DNA of 64,000 nt from positions 13,450-77,449 of the forward strand of contig JAAYBJ010000003.1 in assembly GCA_012730105.1 (NCBI GenBank), in the 5' to 3' direction. Of the stretch, positions 37,259-45,440 are shown in pieces. The stretch's first letter is position 1, and each line of letters starts with the position of its first letter. The stretch comes from Candidatus Hydrogenedentota bacterium. Lineage in GTDB: Bacteria; Hydrogenedentota; Hydrogenedentia; Hydrogenedentales; CAITNO01. The position numbers and the translations under genes are program-made. The notes beneath the pieces are model-generated. The model saw only the letters and a list, made by a program, of their open reading frames with translations. It was not told the DNA's origin and made no database searches.

Positions 37259-39718
37259 GTGAAACCAACCGGCTTAGCGGGGAGATTGGGAACCATGGGT
37301 ATTTCTTTGTCCGGCATTACGCACGCAGGACAAAACCTGCGCAAACCCGTGCTGTTGACTTTATTGGGGGTTTGCATTGAGATTGAAGTTGTAATCGCGA
37401 GTTTTATACTGAGTGAGGTATGGCGAGAGTGGGGACGCGGGCTTTTCGGTTCCACTAAAATCTATCACCAGTGGCATCAAGGCAATTCCTTACTTGGCCT
37501 GTTCGGTTCCCTTATCCTGGTTTTGGGTGTGACTTCATTTAGCCGGAAACTGCGCATCAGCCGCGCGGCTTTAAACTGGGTTTATGTTGCCGGCGGCTTC
37601 CTTATTATCCTGAAGTCCTTCGATGTGGTAAATACAGTCTTTGTGGATTACATGGACCGCTTGTTTGAGTCCTATCCGGATATGGATAGTTTCATTAACA
37701 ATCTGCTTATATTATGCGGTTGCCTAACTGTGCTGGTCGGCCTCATGTGGGCTATGTATGATATCAGCCGTCTGAACATCACCCTTTCCGAACAGAACGC
37801 CCAGCTGGACCGGGAAATGCAAGAGCGCTCAGACACGGAATCACGGCTTTCCGTTCAGGAAAAGCGCCTGTCCTCAATATTACAGGCCTTGCCTTCGCCT
37901 GTTTTTCTGTTAAATATAGATGGTTTCATACTGGCGCATAACAAGTTTTTTGCCTTGCTGTGGGGACGGGGGGAAGAGAATTTGGTGGGTCTGCACCTGA
38001 GGCAGGTACTGCCGGAAGCATTGTTTGAAAGGGGAAAGTCCTTCTCAATGCGGGTGTTTGAAAGAAATGCCCCCGAGAATTACGTTGTAAACATCAGCAA
38101 CCGGACTTACGAAATCAATACCTATCCCACCATGGACGAGGAAGGGAACGTCCCTTCCATCACGGTGCTTGCCCTGGACATTACGGACAAACTCCGCGGA
38201 GAAGAAGAGCGGCGCCTGCTGCAGGAAGCCGTAAACAGCGCCGCCGAAAGCATTATCATCGTGGATGAAACCGGCCTGATCGAATATGTCAACCCCGCCT
38301 TCGAGGAACAGTCCGGCTATTCCCGAAAAGAAGTTCAAGGTCAGCTTTATAACCTTATGCATAGTGAGGCGCTTGATGAAGCGTTGATCCAGGAGATAAA
38401 GGACACCCTAGAACAGGGCAAGTCCTGGCGCGGCCGCCTGATAAGCCAAAAGAAGGATGGCGCGCTCATGTATGAAACCGCCACCATTTCACCCATAACG
38501 AACCAGGACGGCGTCATCAAGCATTACGTGTCCGTAAAACGGAATATCACCCGGGAACTGCAGTTGGAACAACAGTTGCAGCAGGCGCAGAAACTGGAGG
38601 CCCTGGGCACCATGGCCGGGGGAATCACCCATAACCTGAACAACGTACTTGCCATTATTCTCGGCCGGTCCGAACTCGGCGCGCAAATGCTGGAGGCGGA
38701 AAATCCCGCCCGGGAAAATTTTGAAATCATCATGCGCACCGCGGCCCGCTCCTCCGACATGATCAAACGGTTGTTGACTTTTTCACGCAAACAGGCCGGG
38801 GGAATGAAGCCCGTGGAAGTCGCTCCCCTGATCCGCGAACAACTGAGCCTGATGCGCAATTATCTTCCGAGCAATATCACTATCCTTGAAGCCATTTTGC
38901 TGGACAAGGAAATCATCATCGCAGACGCGGTGGAATTGCAGCAGGCTTTCGTGAATCTTATCAACAACGCAAACTATGCGATGCAGCCTGAAGGCGGCGA
39001 ACTCGAAATCGGACTGGATAAAGTTTGCATTGACAATGAACTGCTCGCCACCACGGGCATGCTCAGCCCGGGCGATTATGTACGCCTTCGTGTCCGCGAC
39101 ACGGGCTGCGGCATGGACAGCGACACGCAGATGCGCATGTTCGATCCGTTCTTTACGACCAAGGCGGCGGATGAGGGCACCGGCCTGGGACTGCCCATGG
39201 TGCATGGGAGCGTGCTGCGCGCAGGAGGACAGATCCAGGTGGAAAGTGCGCCCGGCAAGGGCACTGAAATAAGCCTTTATCTGCCCGCGGCTGAAGAAAC
39301 GGCACGAGGCATTGAAGAGGCCTCGCTGGAAATGCCGGTTTCGGGAAGGGGTATTACGGTCATGGTGGTGGATGACATGGCGGATTTTTCTGACTTGCTC
39401 ACCATGAACCTGGAATATTTCGGTTTCGAAGTATGCTCCTTTTCGGATCCCGAAGAGGCAATGGCCTTCTTCAGCGACAACCCGGACATGGTCAAAGTCG
39501 CCGTGCTGGACTACATGATGCCCGGGATGAACGGCAAGGATCTCGGCGCTGCGTTAAAGAACATCCGGCCCGGGCTGCCCCTGGTGTTGCTAAGCGGTTA
39601 TGCCTGCGGTATTACCAACGAAAACGCGCGCGATTTCGGTTTCAGTGCCATGTTTGACAAGCCGGTTGAAATTTCCACGCTTGCCCGAATGCTAGCGAGT
39701 CTGGTTTCCCAGTCCTGA
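37259..39718 (+). CDS. Membrane-anchored PAS-domain hybrid sensor histidine kinase with C-terminal receiver domain
   Basis: N-terminal TM helices; two PAS-like regions; HisKA H-box HNLNNVLAIILGRSEL; HATPase_c motifs (DTGCGMD, GTGLGL); receiver D in VAVLDYMMPGMNG. The start may instead be the ATG at 37295. Confidence 0.9.
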   Translation: MKPTGLAGRLGTMGISLSGITHAGQNLRKPVLLTLLGVCIEIEVVIASFILSEVWREWGRGLFGSTKIYHQWHQGNSLLGLFGSLILVLGVTSFSRKLRISRAALNWVYVAGGFLIILKSFDVVNTVFVDYMDRLFESYPDMDSFINNLLILCGCLTVLVGLMWAMYDISRLNITLSEQNAQLDREMQERSDTESRLSVQEKRLSSILQALPSPVFLLNIDGFILAHNKFFALLWGRGEENLVGLHLRQVLPEALFERGKSFSMRVFERNAPENYVVNISNRTYEINTYPTMDEEGNVPSITVLALDITDKLRGEEERRLLQEAVNSAAESIIIVDETGLIEYVNPAFEEQSGYSRKEVQGQLYNLMHSEALDEALIQEIKDTLEQGKSWRGRLISQKKDGALMYETATISPITNQDGVIKHYVSVKRNITRELQLEQQLQQAQKLEALGTMAGGITHNLNNVLAIILGRSELGAQMLEAENPARENFEIIMRTAARSSDMIKRLLTFSRKQAGGMKPVEVAPLIREQLSLMRNYLPSNITILEAILLDKEIIIADAVELQQAFVNLINNANYAMQPEGGELEIGLDKVCIDNELLATTGMLSPGDYVRLRVRDTGCGMDSDTQMRMFDPFFTTKAADEGTGLGLPMVHGSVLRAGGQIQVESAPGKGTEISLYLPAAEETARGIEEASLEMPVSGRGITVMVVDDMADFSDLLTMNLEYFGFEVCSFSDPEEAMAFFSDNPDMVKVAVLDYMMPGMNGKDLGAALKNIRPGLPLVLLSGYACGITNENARDFGFSAMFDKPVEISTLARMLASLVSQS

Positions 39719-39857
39719 CACTCGCGTGGGATCCGGAAATCCCGGTTCGTCCCGCCACTTGTGGGCCCTGTTTTTTGTATGGTACAGTGAGGCTGCCGAT
39801 TTCACGTTGGTCCTGCGCAAAGACGGGGCCGGTGTTCCTGGCGATAAAGGTGCCCAG

Positions 39858-42197
39858 ATGAAATCCCAACTGATTCCTTCTCTGCTTCTGGCAATACTTG
39901 CGGCGGCATGTCCCTCTATGGGCACGGCGGATGACCAGCCTGAAAACCGGCCGGACGCCCGGCACCACCAGCGCCTGGTGGAAGACGACTGGCAGCTGCA
40001 GGAAGCGCGTCAGGGCCGGAACGCGGGAAGCCTGGAGGCGGTGCGCGCCGCCATGGTCAGGGCGGAAGCCCTGTACCAGGATCTTTCCGGGGTTGCCGGG
40101 ATGGAAGACTGCCGGGAACAAATGGAACTGTTCGCCCGACAAGTGGGCCGCGCCGAAGCCATGGAAGACAGCGAACGCCTGGCGCTTTATTACGCCCTGC
40201 GCTGGTTCACCCGCGAACTGGCGTTGCAGAATCCGCTGATCGCCGACACACCCCTGGTGTTCATGCAACGGCGCCGTTTCATCTGCCAGATGCTGCATGA
40301 ATATCTCGGCTATTATTATGATTACGGGGATATTGAAGGGGGCGGTGTCTTCATCCTCGAACAGCCCGGCAAGTCCTTTGCCGCGCGCGAACTGGTCCGC
40401 GGACGACTGCCACGGGGCAATTACACTACCCTGGCGCTTTCTTATGACGCAAAAACCATCCACTTTGCATTCGCGCCCCGCGCACCCGGGGAAAAACCGG
40501 ATTTCTATTCCGGTGAACGCCGCTGTTTTCATTTGTACAGCATGGACAGCGACGGAAACAACCTGCGGCCGCTGACGGAAGGACCTGACGACGATTTTGA
40601 TCCCTGCCCGCTGCCGGACGGCGGCATCGCGTTCATGTCCACCCGACGGGGCGGTTTCACGCGCTGCAACAACCCCTGGGAACCGCTGCCCGCCCACACG
40701 CTGCACCGGCTGGACCCGGACGGCGCAGTCCGTTGCCTGTCTTATCATGAGACCAGCGAGTGGCATCCGCAGGTGCTCCATGACGGGCGGATCGCCTACA
40801 TCCGATGGGACTATGTGGACCGTTCGGCGGCGCATTTCCACGGCATCTGGGCCACCAACCCCGACGGGACCGAAACGCGCCAGATTTTCGGCAATTATAC
40901 GCAACGGATCAACGCCTGTTATCAGCCGCATCCCGTGCCGGGTTCCCGCCGTCTGGCCTTTCTTGCCGGGGCCCATCACGCCAATGTCGGAGGATCACTT
41001 GTACTATTCGACCCCGCCAAAGCCGCCTTCGACCCCGCGACCGGGGAAGACGATTTCGGTTCCCTTGAACCGTTAACGCCGGAGGTATGTTTCGCGGAGA
41101 CGCCGGACGTGTGGCCTGAATCCTATTTTCACAGCCCCTGGCCGCTTTCAGAAGGCTATTTCCTCATCAGTTTCTCTTTTGATCCCCTGCCAGGCATGAG
41201 CGCCCGTACGAAAGAAGACACCGAAACGGGCATCTATCTGTGGGACCGGTTTGGAAACCTGGAACTCCTGTACCGTGAGCCCGGCATCTCCTGCATGTAT
41301 CCACTCCCCTTGAAACCACGGCCGATACCGCCCGCGCTGCCAAGCCGGCTTGATCCAACACTGGGCGATTCAGGAGAGTTTTATCTCGCCAATGTGTATG
41401 AAAGCCATTTACCATTCCCTAAAGACCGGCCGATCCACGGCTTGCATATTTATCAACTCCTGCCCAAAAGTGAAACGCATGTGGCCAACCAGCCGCGTAT
41501 CGGGTATGCCAATGCGGAATCCGCCCGGATGCTGCTGGGTTTCGTGCCGGTCGAAAAGGATGGTTCCGCCCGTTTCAAGGCGCCCGCCGGGAAACCGCTC
41601 GCCTTTCAGGCCGTGGATGAATCCGGCCGAGCGGTGCAGGGTATGCGCAGCGCCGTGTACCTGCAGCCGGGCGAACGCCGGAGTTGTGTGGGCTGCCATG
41701 AATCTCCGGAACGATCCGGAACTGTTCCCTTAGGAAAACAGATCGCCTTCGGCCGCGGGCCTTCCGAGATTACGCCCGGCCCGGACGGCGTCATGCCGTG
41801 GAGTTTTCCCAGGCTGGTGCAACCGATTCTGGACACGCACTGCGTCCGCTGCCATGGCGAAGCGGGCAATGCAAGACCATGCCTTGAGGCGAAGGTACAG
41901 GACGAATTTACTGAGGCTTACACCGTGCTGAAACCTTACGCGCGCTGGTACGAATGGGGCGGGGAAAGCATCAGCATAATTGTAACCCGTCCGGGCGAAA
42001 TGCCCGCCGACGTGAGTCCATTGACCGCCATACTGAATGATGCCAATCACGCGTCCGAACTGCGCCTGCCCGAGGCCGCGCAGCGAATCCTGTACTTGTG
42101 GCTGGACGGTAACGCGGCGTTTTACGGAACCTACTCGCCGACCGAGCGGCTCGCCCAGTTTGAAGGCAGTAAGGTGCCGCCTCCCGCGCTGCAGTGA
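39858..42197 (+). CDS. Secreted beta-propeller protein with C-terminal Planctomycete-type cytochrome c (PSCyt1-like) region, double CXXCH
   Basis: Signal peptide MKSQLIPSLLLAILAAAC. TolB/HzsA-like propeller segments. CVGCHESP and FPRLVQPILDTHCVRCHGEAGN, the latter matching the PSCyt1 consensus (V/I)xPILxxxCxxCHG. Confidence 0.8.
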   Translation: MKSQLIPSLLLAILAAACPSMGTADDQPENRPDARHHQRLVEDDWQLQEARQGRNAGSLEAVRAAMVRAEALYQDLSGVAGMEDCREQMELFARQVGRAEAMEDSERLALYYALRWFTRELALQNPLIADTPLVFMQRRRFICQMLHEYLGYYYDYGDIEGGGVFILEQPGKSFAARELVRGRLPRGNYTTLALSYDAKTIHFAFAPRAPGEKPDFYSGERRCFHLYSMDSDGNNLRPLTEGPDDDFDPCPLPDGGIAFMSTRRGGFTRCNNPWEPLPAHTLHRLDPDGAVRCLSYHETSEWHPQVLHDGRIAYIRWDYVDRSAAHFHGIWATNPDGTETRQIFGNYTQRINACYQPHPVPGSRRLAFLAGAHHANVGGSLVLFDPAKAAFDPATGEDDFGSLEPLTPEVCFAETPDVWPESYFHSPWPLSEGYFLISFSFDPLPGMSARTKEDTETGIYLWDRFGNLELLYREPGISCMYPLPLKPRPIPPALPSRLDPTLGDSGEFYLANVYESHLPFPKDRPIHGLHIYQLLPKSETHVANQPRIGYANAESARMLLGFVPVEKDGSARFKAPAGKPLAFQAVDESGRAVQGMRSAVYLQPGERRSCVGCHESPERSGTVPLGKQIAFGRGPSEITPGPDGVMPWSFPRLVQPILDTHCVRCHGEAGNARPCLEAKVQDEFTEAYTVLKPYARWYEWGGESISIIVTRPGEMPADVSPLTAILNDANHASELRLPEAAQRILYLWLDGNAAFYGTYSPTERLAQFEGSKVPPPALQ

Positions 42198-42204
42198 GTG
42201 AGGC

Positions 42205-42252
42205 GCACTGTGGACGATATGGACAGTATGGACGATATGGACAAGATGGACC
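42205..42252 (+). repeat. 9-bp-periodic ATGGAC tandem repeat (x5: acTGTGGAC GATATGGAC AGTATGGAC GATATGGAC AAGATGGAC)
   Basis: Direct reading. Lies immediately after the stop of the upstream gene and supplies four in-frame ATGs at the 5' end of the UDG ORF. A related repeat lies at 60249..60283. Confidence 0.75.
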
Positions 42253-42836
42253 GCGCGCTCGCACTTTGCCTTAAACGGGTGCGCGCCTGTCGCCGTTGCG
42301 CAGCCGCGCTGCCCTTGGGTCCCCGGCCCATTGTGCGCGCCCGAATCACAGCGCGTATCCTCATCGTTGGGCAGGCGCCCGGCCTCAAGGTGCATCAAAC
42401 AGGTATCCCATGGAACGACCCGAGCGGGGACCGCCTGCGCCGCTGGCTCGGCCTCGACCGTGAACAATTCTATGATGAGTCCCGGATCGCCATCATCCCA
42501 ATGGGCTTGTGTTATCCTGGTCGCAACCCACAGGGAGGTGACCTGCCGCCGCGAACGGAATGCGCTCCGGCATGGTTTCCTAAACTGCTCCCCCTCCTGC
42601 CAACTATTGCAACAACGATCCTTGCCGGCGCCTATGCCCAGAATGGGTACTTGGGTGAAAAGACAAAACCCACTCTGACGGAAACTGTCCGGAACTGGCG
42701 CGCCTATGCACCGGAATACTTCCCGCTCCCCCACCCCTCGTTCCGTAACAATCAGTGGCTGAAAAACAACCCCTGGTTCGAAGAGGAACTCGTGCCCGCG
42801 TTAAAGGCGCGGCTCCGCGAAATACTCAATTACTAG
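42219..42836 (+). CDS. Uracil-DNA glycosylase superfamily protein
   Basis: GQAPG motif in LIVGQAPGLKVHQTGIPW and C-terminal FPLPHPSFRN, typical of UDG-family enzymes. True start ambiguous (ATGs at 42219/42228/42237/42246; the GTG at 42198 is the ORF-track start). Confidence 0.75.
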   Translation: MDSMDDMDKMDRALALCLKRVRACRRCAAALPLGPRPIVRARITARILIVGQAPGLKVHQTGIPWNDPSGDRLRRWLGLDREQFYDESRIAIIPMGLCYPGRNPQGGDLPPRTECAPAWFPKLLPLLPTIATTILAGAYAQNGYLGEKTKPTLTETVRNWRAYAPEYFPLPHPSFRNNQWLKNNPWFEEELVPALKARLREILNY

Positions 42837-43131
42837 GACGGGAACAAATTGGCTGCAAATACGCTGGCGGAATAGAGGTTTTACTTTTCAATAAAACTAA
42901 GGATACGAAAAATAACCTCTTTTTATACCGACCGATCTAATCAGTAATAATTTGCAAAAACGGTTGGGATAGGATAAAATAAATTCAATTTGACCGTAGC
43001 GTGTGAAACTGTAGATGGGAGGGTGAGAAGGGGTATGGGGAACGCGATTGGGCGTGTTTTTCGATCATGACAGGACATATTTTACAGTTGCAGAAAATAA
43101 GAATAGTTGAAACAAACAGAAGGAGGCAATA

Positions 43132-44943
43132 ATGATGAAGAAAAATGTGTTTATCTGCGTGTTGATTCTGGCGATTACAGGTCCGGCCTTTGCCGTGCAT
43201 ACCCCGGTACCGGATATGGATTCCTGTCCACCAACAGTGGACGAATACGGCACACCCATCAACTGGAACTTTGTTCCGCTGCCCCTGTTCAATATCAATG
43301 TGCTTGGCAGTACTGTAAATTTTACACCCATTGCCGGACAAGTGGACTTCTGTGCCTATACGGACATCATCTTTTGTTCCCTGGGACCTGTGGGGGATTT
43401 GGTACCTGAGGTAATGGCTTTTGCCAACCTGGTGCAATGCAACGGATTTAAACGGATTTACGAATGGACCTGTCCCTGCACAAGTACGGTACAAACAGGC
43501 GTGGTGCCGGACGGTGAATGTGTCACTTATGTTGAAGGAGAGACTTCGGAAGGGGAGATCGCATGTCAGCAAGAGTGGGTGCGGGGCAGTCTGGTCGAAA
43601 GTATCCCCGTGCACATGGATATCAATGGTCCTATTGACTTACAGGCGGAACTGCCAGTCACCGGCAACGGCATTCCGGACGGCCAGTATGAGCTTGGAAT
43701 TCTTGCGGCCATTTACAATGACGATACCCATCCCCTGCATGCAACCGTGGTTGCCGCCTATCAGGCGAACTATAAGGCGGTCAAAGATTTAATTGTGGAT
43801 GCCCTTGCCGCCGCGAATTTAAAAAATGACAAAGACCTTCGCCCGATTGTACAATCCGTCGCGCCCTATCTGGTAAGGGCTTTAAGCTCGATTCTGGCCG
43901 GCTTTGCCACTATGGCTGATCCCCAAACTAATATGGCGCTCGACCAGTTGCTTTTGCTGCTGGCGGAAATTGGTATTGCCCCGCCCGAGGGCGGCATAGC
44001 CGGGATTGCGACAGGTATTCCCGAACTGGGGCCGGAAGGCGACGCGGACGGCGGCGGCGCCACCAACCGTCAGGAGTATGAATACTTTGTAACAGTACTC
44101 GGCTATGGTCCGGCCGAGTACGTGGCCGCCGCTCTTGATCCCGCACAGGAACCGCCCGTGGAGAATGAAGGCGAAACTGAAACAGAAGGCGAAGGCGAAG
44201 CGGTGCCTGAAGGGGAAGGCGAAATCGTCGCCGAAGGTGAAGTGTCGTCCGAAGGCGAGGGCGAAGGGATGAGTGAAGGCGAAGCCCCATACGAAGGTGA
44301 ACCCTCCGGGGAAGGCGAGTTTGAATCTGAAGGCGAGATACCGGCCGAAGGGGAAATCGTTGTAGAAGGCGAGGGTGAAGCCGCTGCTGAAGGTGAAATC
44401 GTTGACGAAGGCGAGGGTGAAGCCGCTGCTGAAGGCGAAATCATTGAAGAAGGCGAGGGTGAAGCCGCTGCTGAAGGCGAAATCGTTGAAGAAGGCGAGG
44501 GTGAAACCGCTGCTGAAGGCGAAATCATTGAAGAAGGCGAGGGTGAAGCCGCTGCTGAAGGCGAAATCGTTGAAGAAGGCGAGGGCGAAGCGCCTGCAGA
44601 AGGTGAAGGCGAAGCGCCTGCAGAAGGTGAAGGCGAAGCGCCTTCAGAAGGTGAGGGTGAAATCGTTGCCGAAGGAGAAGGAGAAGCACTTGCAGAAGGA
44701 GAAGGTGAAGTCATTGCCGAAGGAGAAGGAGAAGCACTTGCAGAAGGAGAAGGTGAAGTCATTGCCGAAGGCGAAGGAGAAGCACCTGCAGAAGGTGAAG
44801 GCGAAGACGAGACTTCCAGCTGCTGCGGCACCTCTGGGAAAGACATGAACATCAGGAAACTCATGGACCGCACCATCGGTGATTGGTTATTAATCGGCAT
44901 GAGTCTGTTGGGATTGACGGCATTCTCCCTTGTCCGTAAATAA
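43132..44943 (+). CDS. Secreted acidic-repeat protein A: signal peptide, ~320-aa unique domain, ~215 aa of EGEGExxA-type tandem repeats, Cys-rich/GDWLLIG C-terminal anchor module
   Basis: Perfect GAAGGAGG RBS. Signal peptide [20 protein letters not shown]. Repeats run from about residue 340. C-terminus [42 protein letters not shown]. Confidence 0.85.
   Translation: MMKKNVFICVLILAITGPAFAVHTPVPDMDSCPPTVDEYGTPINWNFVPLPLFNINVLGSTVNFTPIAGQVDFCAYTDIIFCSLGPVGDLVPEVMAFANLVQCNGFKRIYEWTCPCTSTVQTGVVPDGECVTYVEGETSEGEIACQQEWVRGSLVESIPVHMDINGPIDLQAELPVTGNGIPDGQYELGILAAIYNDDTHPLHATVVAAYQANYKAVKDLIVDALAAANLKNDKDLRPIVQSVAPYLVRALSSILAGFATMADPQTNMALDQLLLLLAEIGIAPPEGGIAGIATGIPELGPEGDADGGGATNRQEYEYFVTVLGYGPAEYVAAALDPAQEPPVENEGETETEGEGEAVPEGEGEIVAEGEVSSEGEGEGMSEGEAPYEGEPSGEGEFESEGEIPAEGEIVVEGEGEAAAEGEIVDEGEGEAAAEGEIIEEGEGEAAAEGEIVEEGEGETAAEGEIIEEGEGEAAAEGEIVEEGEGEAPAEGEGEAPAEGEGEAPSEGEGEIVAEGEGEALAEGEGEVIAEGEGEALAEGEGEVIAEGEGEAPAEGEGEDETSSCCGTSGKDMNIRKLMDRTIGDWLLIGMSLLGLTAFSLVRK
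44160..44810 (+). repeat. Coding tandem repeats (24-bp basic period, 42-bp super-period) encoding [12 protein letters not shown](V/I)(E/D) units
   Basis: Direct reading. Generates frame-artefact ORFs on both strands (SPSPS... and KAKSLKK...). Confidence 0.8.
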
Positions 44944-44967
44944 ACTGTTTCATGACACAATAATGAA

Positions 44968-44989
44968 TTTCCTCGGAGGAAACATTTTT
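44968..44989 (+). terminator. Weak terminator-like hairpin plus T-run after gene A
   Basis: TTTCCTcggAGGAAA followed by CATTTTT. Short AU-rich stem. Confidence 0.3.
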
Positions 44990-45333
44990 CGGCGTGAGTT
45001 GTACCCTATGTAGCGGTATGCGCGATGCCCTATTCATTAGGGAGCCTTTACCGAAGGCTCTTTCTTAAGAAGCAAATGTTTTGGCCACCTCGAAATGTCT
45101 TAATCGGCAGGTCATCCCGCGTTCGGGTTGCGGCTGTGTGCTGCGAGGGACGAACGAAACTGACAGTTGGGCGTGCTTGACGTACGTTTTTGGCGCTTTC
45201 ACCAGGGTGCCCCCCAAGTAGTGGATAACGCCCTTGGTACCAGTGACATAGACAATAGGGTATGGTATACGGCAAGGAATGACATGGGTTCAAACACATG
45301 TTTATTCACAATAAGTTGCACTGCAAAATGTAT

Positions 45334-45362
45334 TTGACATAAATTTGAATAAACTGTATATT
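45334..45362 (+). promoter_or_regulatory. Sigma70-consensus-like promoter for gene B (TTGACA-N17-TATATT)
   Basis: Exact -35 TTGACA, a 17-nt spacer, and -10 TATATT about 75 nt upstream of the ATG at 45441. Lies in a 500-bp, lower-GC intergenic region. Confidence 0.5.
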
Positions 45363-45440
45363 AACTGTGTTAATGGATGAGTGCGGTTAGAAAATCTTCG
45401 TTCTTTGGGTTGAAGCCAACAATTTAAAAAGGGATGCACC

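Noticed and set aside
44103-44960. Minus-strand [13 protein letters not shown]… ORFs and plus-strand [15 protein letters not shown]… ORFs (also 47750..48697 and 47905..48453).
   Set aside because: These are alternative-frame read-throughs of the GAAGG(C/T)GA(A/G) coding tandem repeats. The EGEGE frame carries the signal peptide, RBS and conserved C-terminal module.
45000-45300. Possible structured ncRNA (RNase P, tmRNA, SRP, riboswitch) in the long spacer between the acidic-repeat genes.
   Set aside because: None of the universally conserved motifs of those RNAs could be found by eye. It is retained only as a low-interest finding.
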